Shown here one piece after another: positions 24,640 to 32,000 of a DNA stretch of 32,000 nt (positions are counted from its first letter, which is position 1; each line of letters opens with the position of its first letter). Position numbers and translations under genes: made by a program. This DNA is from Geobacter sulfurreducens PCA (lineage in GTDB: Bacteria; Desulfobacterota; Desulfuromonadia; Geobacterales; Geobacteraceae), in assembly GCF_000007985.2 (NCBI RefSeq), contig NC_002939.5, forward strand, positions 2,910,001-2,942,000. Direction: 5' to 3'. Under the pieces are notes generated by a model. It saw only the letters and a program-made list of their open reading frames with translations, was not told the DNA's origin and did no database searches.

Positions 24640-24648
24640 ATTATACCA
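24640..24648 (-). promoter_or_regulatory. Extended -10 promoter element for mini-gene copy 2
   Basis: The minus strand reads TGGTATAAT (TGn + perfect TATAAT), ~48 nt upstream of ATG 24592. Confidence 0.4.
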
Positions 24649-24686
24649 CCCACACACCAACAAAGTAACACACTAGCAACAATCCA

Positions 24687-27600
24687 TTACATCTTGTTCT
24701 GGTCCGCGCCCTCTTCACCCAAGACCCCCATGACCCGCTCAAGGTTCACCCGGGCAACGAGGTAGTCCCTGCGCGCCTTGGCCAGATTGCCCCGGGCCTG
24801 CCGGAGATTCAGCTCTGCATCGTCAACCTCAAGGCGGATTTTCACGCCCAGCTCGAACCCCTGCTCGGCCATGGTCAGGAGCCGCTCCGCCTGGGCGACG
24901 GTCCCTTCAAGGGCCGAGACGATTTCGCGCGCCTCCCGGACATTGTTGACGGCATCCCGTATTTCGAGGGAAACGGAGTCCATCAGTTTCGCCTCCTCGA
25001 TCCTGAGGCTGCGCCGTTCGCTTTCCGCCTGGGCGACCTTGCCCCGAGCCTTGAGCCCGTCAAAGACCGGAAAGCTCAGATAAAGCCCCACGTTCCACGC
25101 AGCTCCGTCGCCACGGCCATCCCCGGTTTCGAGCTGGCGCCAGCCGTAACCCGCTTTCAGGTCCAGACGCGGCTTATCCTCCGCATCGGCTACCGCCACC
25201 AGCTCCCCCGCCATATCGATCCGCCGGCGCAGCTCCTCGAGCTCGGGCCGCTGGCGCCGCGCCACGGCCAGGGCCTCGGCGTGGGAAGGAACCGTCGCGG
25301 GCTCGAACGACAGCGCTCCTTCCACCTCGATCTCCTGGTCGAGCGCCAGAAAATAACGAAGCCGGTCCGTGGCCAGCCGCGTCAGGTTTTCGGCCCGGAT
25401 GACCTCCGGCCGCGCGTTTTCCACCGATACGCCGGCGGCAAGCACATCGTAGTCGGTGGCCACGCCGGCGGCGTACTTGCGCTGGGCCTCATCCAGGTGC
25501 CGCTCTTTTTGCTCCAGGTTCTGGCGGCTGATGGCAAGCTGTTCGCGAGCCAGCAGAATATCGTAAAACGCGACCGCCACATCCCGGCGGGCATCCTGCC
25601 GCGCCGTGCGGAGCTGCTCGTCCGCGGTCCTGAAGCCAAGATCGGCCGCCCGGATGGCGGCGCTCACCTTGCCCCAGGTGTACAGGGCCTGGGAAAGCTC
25701 CACCCCGGCGGCGCGCACATCCTGCCGCGTGGGGATAAAGCCGCCGGCCAGGGCTTTCTGGCTGCGGTCATCCAGCCAGGATGCCGAGCCGGTGATGGTA
25801 AACTGGGGCAGCGCCGCGCTCCGCTCCTCCACGTACCGCCCCTCTACCTGCCGGAAGAACTCCCGGGCCTTCGCAATGTCGCGGTTGCGCTCGTCGGCCA
25901 TGGCAAGGGCCTGGTCGAGGGTCAGGACGCGGATATCTGCCGCCTCAGCGGAGAAAGCTCCCGTGCCGAGGGTTATGAGGCAGGCGAACACCCCGAAAAA
26001 CTTCTTCAGGGAAATCCCGCGCGCCTTTTTCAGGATCGAAGCAACCAGCCCATCAGATGCGGGACCGACGGCAAGCGCTCCCTCCGCGTTGCCCAGCCAC
26101 CACCGCCTGAGCCGGACGGCCAGGTCGTCCATGTAGGTGTACATGACCGGAACCACGATCAGAGTGAGAAGCGATGACGTGATGAGTCCGCCCACCACGG
26201 CGCGGGCCATGGGAGCCCGCCCCTCGCCGCCGGCGCCGATGCCGAGAAACAGCGGCAGCATGCCGAAGATCATGGCCAGAGTCGTCATGACGATGGGACG
26301 GAGCCTGGTCCGGCCTGCCTCGATCACCGCCTCGCGGCGCGGCAGACCGTCCCGTCGTCGGAGGACCTTGGCGTAGTCCACCAGCAGGATGGCGTTCTTG
26401 GTGACGAGCCCCATGAGCATGATGAGGCCGATGAGCGCCATGATATTGATGGTGTCGCCGGTCAGTTTCAGCATCCCGGCCATGCCTACGATGGAGAGCG
26501 GCAGCGACAGCATGATCGCCAGGGGCTCGAAGAACGATTCGAACTGGGCGGCCAGGATCAGAAAGACAAAGACAACGGCCAGCAGGAGCGATTCCCCCAT
26601 GTAGCCGAACGATTCGGCCATGTCTTCCGCCTCGCCCGAAAAACCGATGCTGTATCCCGGCGCCATGGCTATGGTTTTGGAGACCTCCTCCACCTTTTTG
26701 ACCGCCGTGCCGATGGGAAGCCCGTCCAGGTTGGCCGAAACCGTCACCAGACGGGACAGATCGCGACGGTTTACCTCGGAGGGGGTGGCAGCCACGGACT
26801 CGGTGCTGACGCTGGCCAGGGGAATCAGCTTGGTGCCGCCGTCACTGTCCGGCACCGAGATCTTCAGGTCGCGCACCTGGGCCGGATTCTGGCGCAGCAC
26901 CTCGGGCAGCCTCACCCGCACGTCCACGGCATCGCCATCCTCGTCTTCATAGGTGGTCACGGCCTCGCCACCCACCAGCCTCGAAAGGGCCGTGACCACG
27001 TCGTTACTGGTGACGCCGGCGGAGAGGGCCTTTTCCCGGTCCACCCGCAGCCGGTATTCCGGCGTGTCGTGCTCCAGGGTCGCGGAAACGTCCACGATCC
27101 CCGGAATCGCGTACATCTTCTCCTTGAGCTGGGCCGCGTACGACTTCAGGAGCCCGATGTCGTCACCCTTCAGGTTCACGTTCAGGGGCTTGGCCGCCCC
27201 GCCCACATTACCCACCTTCTCGATGGAGAAGGTAATGCCGGCGATCTGTTGCAGCCGCTGTCTGACCACCCGCTCGATCTCGAACTGTCCCCGCTCGCGC
27301 TCCTTCTTCTCCCTGAGCTTCACGTAGAGAAGGCCGTCGCGCACTGTTCCCCCGTCGCCGGCGCCGATGGTCGAATAGGTATGGCTGATTTCGGGGATAT
27401 CGCCGATGGCTGCCAGCATCGCCTTCAGCCGGCCCTCGCTCTCGGTGATGCTGGCGTTTGGCGCGGCCTTGAAGGACACCTGGAATTCGCTCGTATCCTC
27501 TTCGGACATGAAGGATGATTCCAGGGTTCCCATGACGGCGATGCCCAGGAAAAATGTCAGGGCCGCCGTGGCGATGACCGTCCGGCGATGGTCGAGCGCC

Positions 27601-29177
27601 CAGGCTATTGCCAGGCGGTAACGGTCGGCGGCACGGTCGAACCAATCGTTGAAGGATTCGAGCCAGCGAGCCAGGCCCCTGCGCTTGCCGTGGGCGTGAA
27701 CGGCCGGGTCGTGCCAGCGGGAGGAGAGCATCGGGTCGAGGGTGAAGGAGACGAAGAGCGACACCAGCACGGCGAACGAAACCGTAATCCCGAAGGGGAA
27801 GAAGAAACGGCCCACGATGCCCCGCATGAATGCCACGGGCACGAACACCGCAAGAATCGACAGGGTCGTGGCAAACACCGCCAGACCGATCTCGCTGGTC
27901 CCGAAGCGGGACGCCTCCATGTGATCCTTGCCCATCTCCAGGTGTCGGACGATATTCTCCCGCACCACGATTGCGTCGTCGATGAGCAGTCCGATAGAGA
28001 GGGACAGGGCCATGAGGGTCATCACGTTGAGGGTCATGCCCATGGCGTTCATGATGATGAAGGACGAGATGACCGAGATGGGAAGCGTCACCCCGGTGAT
28101 TACCGTGGAACGCCAGGAGTTGATGAACAGGAACACGATGATGACGGTGAGGATGCCGCCGATGATGAGCGTCTCCTCCACATCTGCCAGGGACTGGCGG
28201 GTCATGATCGATGAGTCGCGGACCAGGGTCAGCGAGACCTCGGGAGGCAGTTCCTTCCGGATTTTCTCCATGACCTTCCTGACGTTGTCCACCACCTGGA
28301 CCTGGTTGGCCCCGGACTGTTTGTAAATATCGATGCCGATGGCGGGCACGCCGTTGACGAGCGCCAGGGTACGCCGCTCCTCCACGCCGTCGGAAATGGC
28401 GGCCACTTCACCGAGGGTAATGGGGCGCCCCCCCTTCTGGGCGACGACCATAGAGCGGTAACCCCCCACCAGATCAGGCTTGCCGTCGATCCGCAGGGGG
28501 TATTCCGCCCCCTCACGCGTGATGCGGCCCAGCGGAGTGTTCACGTTTTCGTTCTGGAGCCCCCGCACCACGTCGTTCGCCCCGAGGCCGAGGGATTCCA
28601 GCCGCACCGGATCAACCTGAACGTTGACCTCCCGCTTGGCGCCGCCGACCATTTCCACCTTGCCGACGCCCGCCACGCTCTCGAAGCGCTTCCTGACCCG
28701 CTTGTCCACCAGGGTCGTCAGCTCACGCTGCGACAGGGTCTTGGACTGGATCGCCAGGGCCGCCACCGGCAAGGCGTTGAAGTCGAGCTTCTGGATGATG
28801 GGGTCCTCGATCCCGGCGGGAAGCTGCCCCCGGACCGAGTTCACCTTGGCCCGGGCTTCCTGGGCCACCTCGTTGGTCCGCTCTTCCAGGCGGAACTCGA
28901 CGACCACCGTAGAAACGCTCTCGCGGGACGTGGAAACCACGTGCTTCACCCCGGCGATCTGGTTGACCGCCTCCTCGATCCGCTTGGAGACTTCCCGCTC
29001 CACAGTCTCCGGCGAGGCGCCGGGGTATTTGGTGACAATGGAGATGACCGGCATCTCCACGTTGGGGTACATCTCCACCGACAGCAGCCGATAGGAAAAC
29101 GCCCCCAGCGTGACGAGCACGAGCATCATCACCGTGGCGAAGATAGGACGCTTGATGGACAGGTCTGACAGGATCAT
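24687..29177 (-). CDS. RND (AcrB/HAE1-like) inner-membrane efflux pump fused in frame to a TolC-family outer membrane factor (1496 codons)
   Basis: Residues 1-~1025 are typical RND ([19 protein letters not shown]..., [15 protein letters not shown], ...[20 protein letters not shown]). A ~30-aa linker follows. Then comes a signal-peptide-like segment [25 protein letters not shown] (residues 1057-1079). Last is a ~417-aa TolC/OMF-like region ([24 protein letters not shown]...). No stop codon separates the two parts. Confidence 0.85.
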   Translation of the reverse strand: MILSDLSIKRPIFATVMMLVLVTLGAFSYRLLSVEMYPNVEMPVISIVTKYPGASPETVEREVSKRIEEAVNQIAGVKHVVSTSRESVSTVVVEFRLEERTNEVAQEARAKVNSVRGQLPAGIEDPIIQKLDFNALPVAALAIQSKTLSQRELTTLVDKRVRKRFESVAGVGKVEMVGGAKREVNVQVDPVRLESLGLGANDVVRGLQNENVNTPLGRITREGAEYPLRIDGKPDLVGGYRSMVVAQKGGRPITLGEVAAISDGVEERRTLALVNGVPAIGIDIYKQSGANQVQVVDNVRKVMEKIRKELPPEVSLTLVRDSSIMTRQSLADVEETLIIGGILTVIIVFLFINSWRSTVITGVTLPISVISSFIIMNAMGMTLNVMTLMALSLSIGLLIDDAIVVRENIVRHLEMGKDHMEASRFGTSEIGLAVFATTLSILAVFVPVAFMRGIVGRFFFPFGITVSFAVLVSLFVSFTLDPMLSSRWHDPAVHAHGKRRGLARWLESFNDWFDRAADRYRLAIAWALDHRRTVIATAALTFFLGIAVMGTLESSFMSEEDTSEFQVSFKAAPNASITESEGRLKAMLAAIGDIPEISHTYSTIGAGDGGTVRDGLLYVKLREKKERERGQFEIERVVRQRLQQIAGITFSIEKVGNVGGAAKPLNVNLKGDDIGLLKSYAAQLKEKMYAIPGIVDVSATLEHDTPEYRLRVDREKALSAGVTSNDVVTALSRLVGGEAVTTYEDEDGDAVDVRVRLPEVLRQNPAQVRDLKISVPDSDGGTKLIPLASVSTESVAATPSEVNRRDLSRLVTVSANLDGLPIGTAVKKVEEVSKTIAMAPGYSIGFSGEAEDMAESFGYMGESLLLAVVFVFLILAAQFESFFEPLAIMLSLPLSIVGMAGMLKLTGDTINIMALIGLIMLMGLVTKNAILLVDYAKVLRRRDGLPRREAVIEAGRTRLRPIVMTTLAMIFGMLPLFLGIGAGGEGRAPMARAVVGGLITSSLLTLIVVPVMYTYMDDLAVRLRRWWLGNAEGALAVGPASDGLVASILKKARGISLKKFFGVFACLITLGTGAFSAEAADIRVLTLDQALAMADERNRDIAKAREFFRQVEGRYVEERSAALPQFTITGSASWLDDRSQKALAGGFIPTRQDVRAAGVELSQALYTWGKVSAAIRAADLGFRTADEQLRTARQDARRDVAVAFYDILLAREQLAISRQNLEQKERHLDEAQRKYAAGVATDYDVLAAGVSVENARPEVIRAENLTRLATDRLRYFLALDQEIEVEGALSFEPATVPSHAEALAVARRQRPELEELRRRIDMAGELVAVADAEDKPRLDLKAGYGWRQLETGDGRGDGAAWNVGLYLSFPVFDGLKARGKVAQAESERRSLRIEEAKLMDSVSLEIRDAVNNVREAREIVSALEGTVAQAERLLTMAEQGFELGVKIRLEVDDAELNLRQARGNLAKARRDYLVARVNLERVMGVLGEEGADQNKM

Positions 29178-30334
29178 TGCGCAGCGCCCTTCCCAACGAC
29201 GGTCACGACGTCGCCATCTTTCAGGTTGAAGCCTCCCCTGGTCACGAGTTGTTCGCCGGGGCCGACCCCCTTGACGATCTCCACTCCGTCCCCGATCACC
29301 ACCCCGGTTTCCACCTGCTTCATCTTCGCCACGTTGCCGGCAACGACGAAGATGCTCGCCTTCTTCGAGGCGGTATCCCAGGCGGCCAGGGAGCCTCTCG
29401 GCACCTGAACGACCGCCGGCCGCCGGCCCACAAGAATTCTCCCCTTGGCGAAGAGCCCCCCCTTGAGGAGTTCCCCGTCATTGCGGACCTCTGCGATGAC
29501 CCGCAGCGAGCGGTCCTCGGCAGAGAGTTCGGGATTGATGAACATGACCGTGCCCGTGAATATTCTCCCCGGCAGGGCATCCACGGAAAACTCCAGGGGC
29601 TGGCCGACCTTGACACGCGCCGAGTCGGCCGACGGGATGGTAACGGTCAGGTTGAGCACCCTGTTGTCCACGATACGGAAGATCGGCTTGCCCGTTGCCG
29701 CGTCGCCGGCCAGGTCTCCCACGTTTACGTCCCGCAGGGCCACCACTCCGTCCAGCGGAGATACCACGAGCCCTTTGGCCAGACGGGCCCGCGCCTGCCG
29801 GAGCTCTTCCTGGGTCACCCGGATCTGGGCCTGGGCGGCATCGATCCTGGCCTGGGCCGCGGCCGATTCGGTGCGGGCATCGTCCACCGACTGCTGGGTG
29901 GCAAGCCCCGACTCCTTCAGCTTGATGATCCGCGCAAGTTCCCGCTCGGCCCTGTTGGCACTTACCTGGGCCTGGGCCAGCGCGGCCCGGGCAGATTCCA
30001 CCGACGCCTCCGCCCTCTTGGTCAGGGCCTCCGGCTCGGCAGTATCGATGCGCGCCAGGGGAGCCCCCTTGCGGACCCGCACCCACTCCGTAACGTAGAC
30101 CTGCTTTACCAGTCCGGGGATCTGAGTTTTGACGTCGGCCGAAAATTTTGGCTCAAGGCTTCCGGTAACCTCGATTCCCTCCGCCAGATCGCGGGCGGTC
30201 ACGGGAACCGTTTCCACCGCCAGCGCCGGCTTTTCCACCCGAGCGTTCTGTGCCTCGCCATCCTTCGAACATCCCGCAAGCCCGCCTGCCAGAAGCACCC
30301 CGCCAAGTACGCACACCAACCATTTGACTGTCAT
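29174..30334 (-). CDS. RND efflux periplasmic adaptor (membrane fusion protein, HlyD family), lipoprotein
   Basis: MTVKWLVCVLGGVLLAGGLAGCSK (lipobox). Coiled-coil hairpin region AQAQVSANRAERELARI...AAQAQIRVTQEELRQARARL. ATGA overlap with the RND start. Confidence 0.9.
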   Translation of the reverse strand: MTVKWLVCVLGGVLLAGGLAGCSKDGEAQNARVEKPALAVETVPVTARDLAEGIEVTGSLEPKFSADVKTQIPGLVKQVYVTEWVRVRKGAPLARIDTAEPEALTKRAEASVESARAALAQAQVSANRAERELARIIKLKESGLATQQSVDDARTESAAAQARIDAAQAQIRVTQEELRQARARLAKGLVVSPLDGVVALRDVNVGDLAGDAATGKPIFRIVDNRVLNLTVTIPSADSARVKVGQPLEFSVDALPGRIFTGTVMFINPELSAEDRSLRVIAEVRNDGELLKGGLFAKGRILVGRRPAVVQVPRGSLAAWDTASKKASIFVVAGNVAKMKQVETGVVIGDGVEIVKGVGPGEQLVTRGGFNLKDGDVVTVVGKGAAQ

Positions 30335-30972
30335 CGTTCCACCTCGTCGGCCGTCCGGGCCGCAAATCCGCTCAGGACAAGAGTCAACATACGCCTCACC
30401 CCCTCCCGGTCAATGCCGGGCGGACGGTCCGGGCGCCCGCACAACTGCTCCTCCAGGGCAACATTGAAGACTCCGAGCAGAATCCACATCACGTCGTCCA
30501 CGTTTTCCGAACGCAGCGCACCCCCCTCCATGCCTTCGGAAACCAGCTTCCGAATGGCATCCTGGAAATGGCGGTGGTAGCCCTCGAAGTCGATAAAGGG
30601 AGCGCCCTGGGGCGGCCCGTAGTAAATGGAGTACATGAGCCTCGTGCCGCCCAGGTTCTCCTGAACGAGCATGAGCGTATGGTCGAGCAGATCCACGAGC
30701 CGGCCGCACGGGCTTCCGGCAGCGCCCAGGTACTCTTCCAGCAGTGCGGTAAAACGGCCGAACGGCTCGGTCATCAGCTCCAGATAGATGCCTTCCTTGT
30801 TGCCAAACCAGTAATAGAGGACCGGCTTGGAAACGCCTGCCGCCTCAACGATCTCCCGTACCGACGTGGCCGCGTATCCCTTTACGGTAAAAAGCTCCGT
30901 CGCCGCCGCCAGCAAACGTCTCCGCACCGCCGAATCTCCGTGGTCGGTCCGTCTCTTGTCCCGTTCTGCCAT
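30331..30972 (-). CDS. TetR/AcrR-family transcriptional regulator
   Basis: ATG 30972 follows GGGAGGAAA. HTH ATSVREIVEAAGVSKPVLYYWFGNKEGIY. ATGA overlap with the adaptor start. Confidence 0.9.
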   Translation of the reverse strand: MAERDKRRTDHGDSAVRRRLLAAATELFTVKGYAATSVREIVEAAGVSKPVLYYWFGNKEGIYLELMTEPFGRFTALLEEYLGAAGSPCGRLVDLLDHTLMLVQENLGGTRLMYSIYYGPPQGAPFIDFEGYHRHFQDAIRKLVSEGMEGGALRSENVDDVMWILLGVFNVALEEQLCGRPDRPPGIDREGVRRMLTLVLSGFAARTADEVER

Positions 30973-31001
30973 TGAATATTTCCTCCCGGGCCCCAAAATA
31001 C

Positions 31002-31017
31002 TACCTACCGGTAGGTA
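31002..31017. promoter_or_regulatory. Perfect 16-bp palindrome, probable TetR operator O1 (overlaps the candidate -10)
   Basis: TACCTACCGGTAGGTA, 30 nt upstream of the TetR start. A perfect TTGACA -35 lies on the minus strand at 31035..31040, 17 nt from TACCTA. Confidence 0.6.
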
Positions 31018-31048
31018 CTCTAACCGGATACATCTGTCAAGAACAATT

Positions 31049-31064
31049 TACCTACCGGTAGGCA
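31049..31064. promoter_or_regulatory. Second copy of the palindrome, probable operator O2 (just upstream of the -35)
   Basis: TACCTACCGGTAGGCA (15/16 identical to O1), 47 bp centre to centre. Confidence 0.55.
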
Positions 31065-31208
31065 ACCTCCTGACACTTCTCCTGGCTCAAAATTCACCCA
31101 CAACCTTCAAGATGAAACGAACGTAAAGTTCTTTCTGGCGGGACAAGTGCGATTGGGATATACTTTTTGTTGGCAAAATCAAACTACTGCCAACTCTCCG
31201 GGGCGCCC

Positions 31209-32000
31209 ATGATATTCGGCATCATTGCGCTTTCGCTTGTTCTGCAGCTTGTGGCTGCCATTCTCGCCCTCCGGCTGATTCGGGTAACCGGCGGGGCTTT
31301 CGCGTGGACGCTCCTTGCCCTGGCTTCGCTTCTCATGGTCGGCCGGCGATCGCTGTCCCTCTACCATTTGTATGCCACCCCCCCAACCGTCCCTCCACTC
31401 CTGGTTAACGAAGTCATCGGCCTGTTCATCTCTTTGCTCTTTGTTGCCGCCGTTGCCGGCCTTTCGCCCCTGCTGGCGCGGATCAAGAGTGCCGAGGACT
31501 ATTGGCGGGAATCGGAGCACCGCCTCCGGGGGATGCTCGACAATACCGGCCTGATCGCCGTCATGCTCGACGACCGGGGGGCCATAACGTTCTGCAACCG
31601 TCACCTGCTTGACCTGACCGGCTGGAGCCGGGAAGAGGTGGTCGGCGGCAACTGGTTCGACACGTTTATCCCCGCCGACCAACGGGAAGGAGTTAGCGAA
31701 CGCTACCGACACATCCTTGCCGGAAGTAAATTACCTCTTCACAGCCAGAATGAAATCATAACGAAAAGCGGTGAACGACTCCTCATCGCATGGCACAACA
31801 CCATTATGCGCGACGGCAGCGGACGGGTAGTCGGGGGAACGGCCATCGGCGAGGACATCACCGAGCGCATGCGGGTAGAGGAGGAAATCCGGCGCCTCAA
31901 TACGGAACTTGAGCAGCGGGTCAGTGAACGGACAGCGGAGCTGGCTGCGTCAACGCGCGAACTGGAAGGGTTCTGCTACTCGGTTTCCCACGATCTAAGG
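31209..32000 (+). CDS. Sensor histidine kinase (2-3 TM helices, PAS domain, coiled coil, HisKA H-box), 3'-truncated by the window edge
   Basis: Own translation: [29 protein letters not shown]...[48 protein letters not shown]...[51 protein letters not shown]. There is no stop to nt 32000. It is absent from the ORF track because it is open-ended. Confidence 0.85.
   Translation, partial: MIFGIIALSLVLQLVAAILALRLIRVTGGAFAWTLLALASLLMVGRRSLSLYHLYATPPTVPPLLVNEVIGLFISLLFVAAVAGLSPLLARIKSAEDYWRESEHRLRGMLDNTGLIAVMLDDRGAITFCNRHLLDLTGWSREEVVGGNWFDTFIPADQREGVSERYRHILAGSKLPLHSQNEIITKSGERLLIAWHNTIMRDGSGRVVGGTAIGEDITERMRVEEEIRRLNTELEQRVSERTAELAASTRELEGFCYSVSHDLR

Noticed and set aside
25941-26100. Internal start codon that would make the OMF a separate, overlapping gene
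   Set aside because: No in-frame ATG or TTG lies in the junction. The only GTG would give a signal peptide with no charged n-region. I therefore kept a single fused CDS but flagged possible sequencing error in the findings.
21936-30580. Antisense ORFs 21936..22766 -, 22851..24212 +, 25281..26177 +, 27588..28214 +, 29177..30580 + and other shorter ones
   Set aside because: They overlap the hemerythrin, zinc-ribbon membrane protein, RND-OMF, adaptor and TetR genes. Their composition is Arg/Gly/Pro/His-rich, typical of GC-rich shadow frames.
31179-31712. 177-aa minus-strand ORF
   Set aside because: It is antisense to the PAS histidine kinase, which is open to the window end and has clear PAS and H-box motifs.
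1-32000. CRISPR arrays, tRNA/rRNA genes, IS elements/transposases, integrases, toxin-antitoxin or known phage-defence genes
   Set aside because: I saw none on either strand. The only repeat structure beyond hairpins and operators is the 16904..17187 element.

Overview
High-GC, densely coding bacterial chromosome segment. The gene content (ExtABCD-type porin-cytochrome conduit, OmpB/OmpC-type multicopper oxidase, many c-type heme motifs) points to Geobacter / Desulfuromonadales; this is inference from memory, since no search was possible. Left to right: (minus) a PATAN+Roadblock / Roadblock / long coiled-coil three-gene operon (1-3130); (minus) an extA-extB-extC-extD-like conduit (3379-6887); a small basic orphan ORF; SDR/epimerase-family and YqhA-family genes; a 55-aa Cys-rich mini-gene with its own promoter and terminator; a polar amino-acid ABC transporter (3 genes); an MCP without a periplasmic domain; a MATE exporter; a 2-oxoacid dehydrogenase E1alpha-E1beta-E2 operon whose E1beta-E2 spacer holds a 117-bp tandem duplication plus a perfect 18-bp GC inverted repeat; (minus) a multicopper oxidase with a Met-rich insert and dockerin-like tail; a DUF1858 / Cys-rich / hemerythrin operon; (minus) a zinc-ribbon polytopic membrane protein; a second 54-aa paralogue of the Cys-rich mini-gene; (minus) a TetR - adaptor - RND operon in which the RND pump and a TolC-like outer membrane factor form one continuous 1496-codon ORF; two palindromic operators; and the 5' part of a PAS histidine kinase. 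The coiled-coil gene runs off the left edge and the kinase off the right edge, so both are absent from the supplied ORF track. I saw no rRNA, tRNA, CRISPR, transposase or prophage signatures. Most long ORFs opposite these genes are high-GC antisense shadows. Some M residues in the track are TTG/GTG starts. Best follow-up candidates: the RND-OMF fusion, the paralogous Cys-rich mini-genes, the structured repeat inside the dehydrogenase operon, and the Roadblock/PATAN/coiled-coil module with no GTPase in view. All family assignments come from reading motifs by eye.
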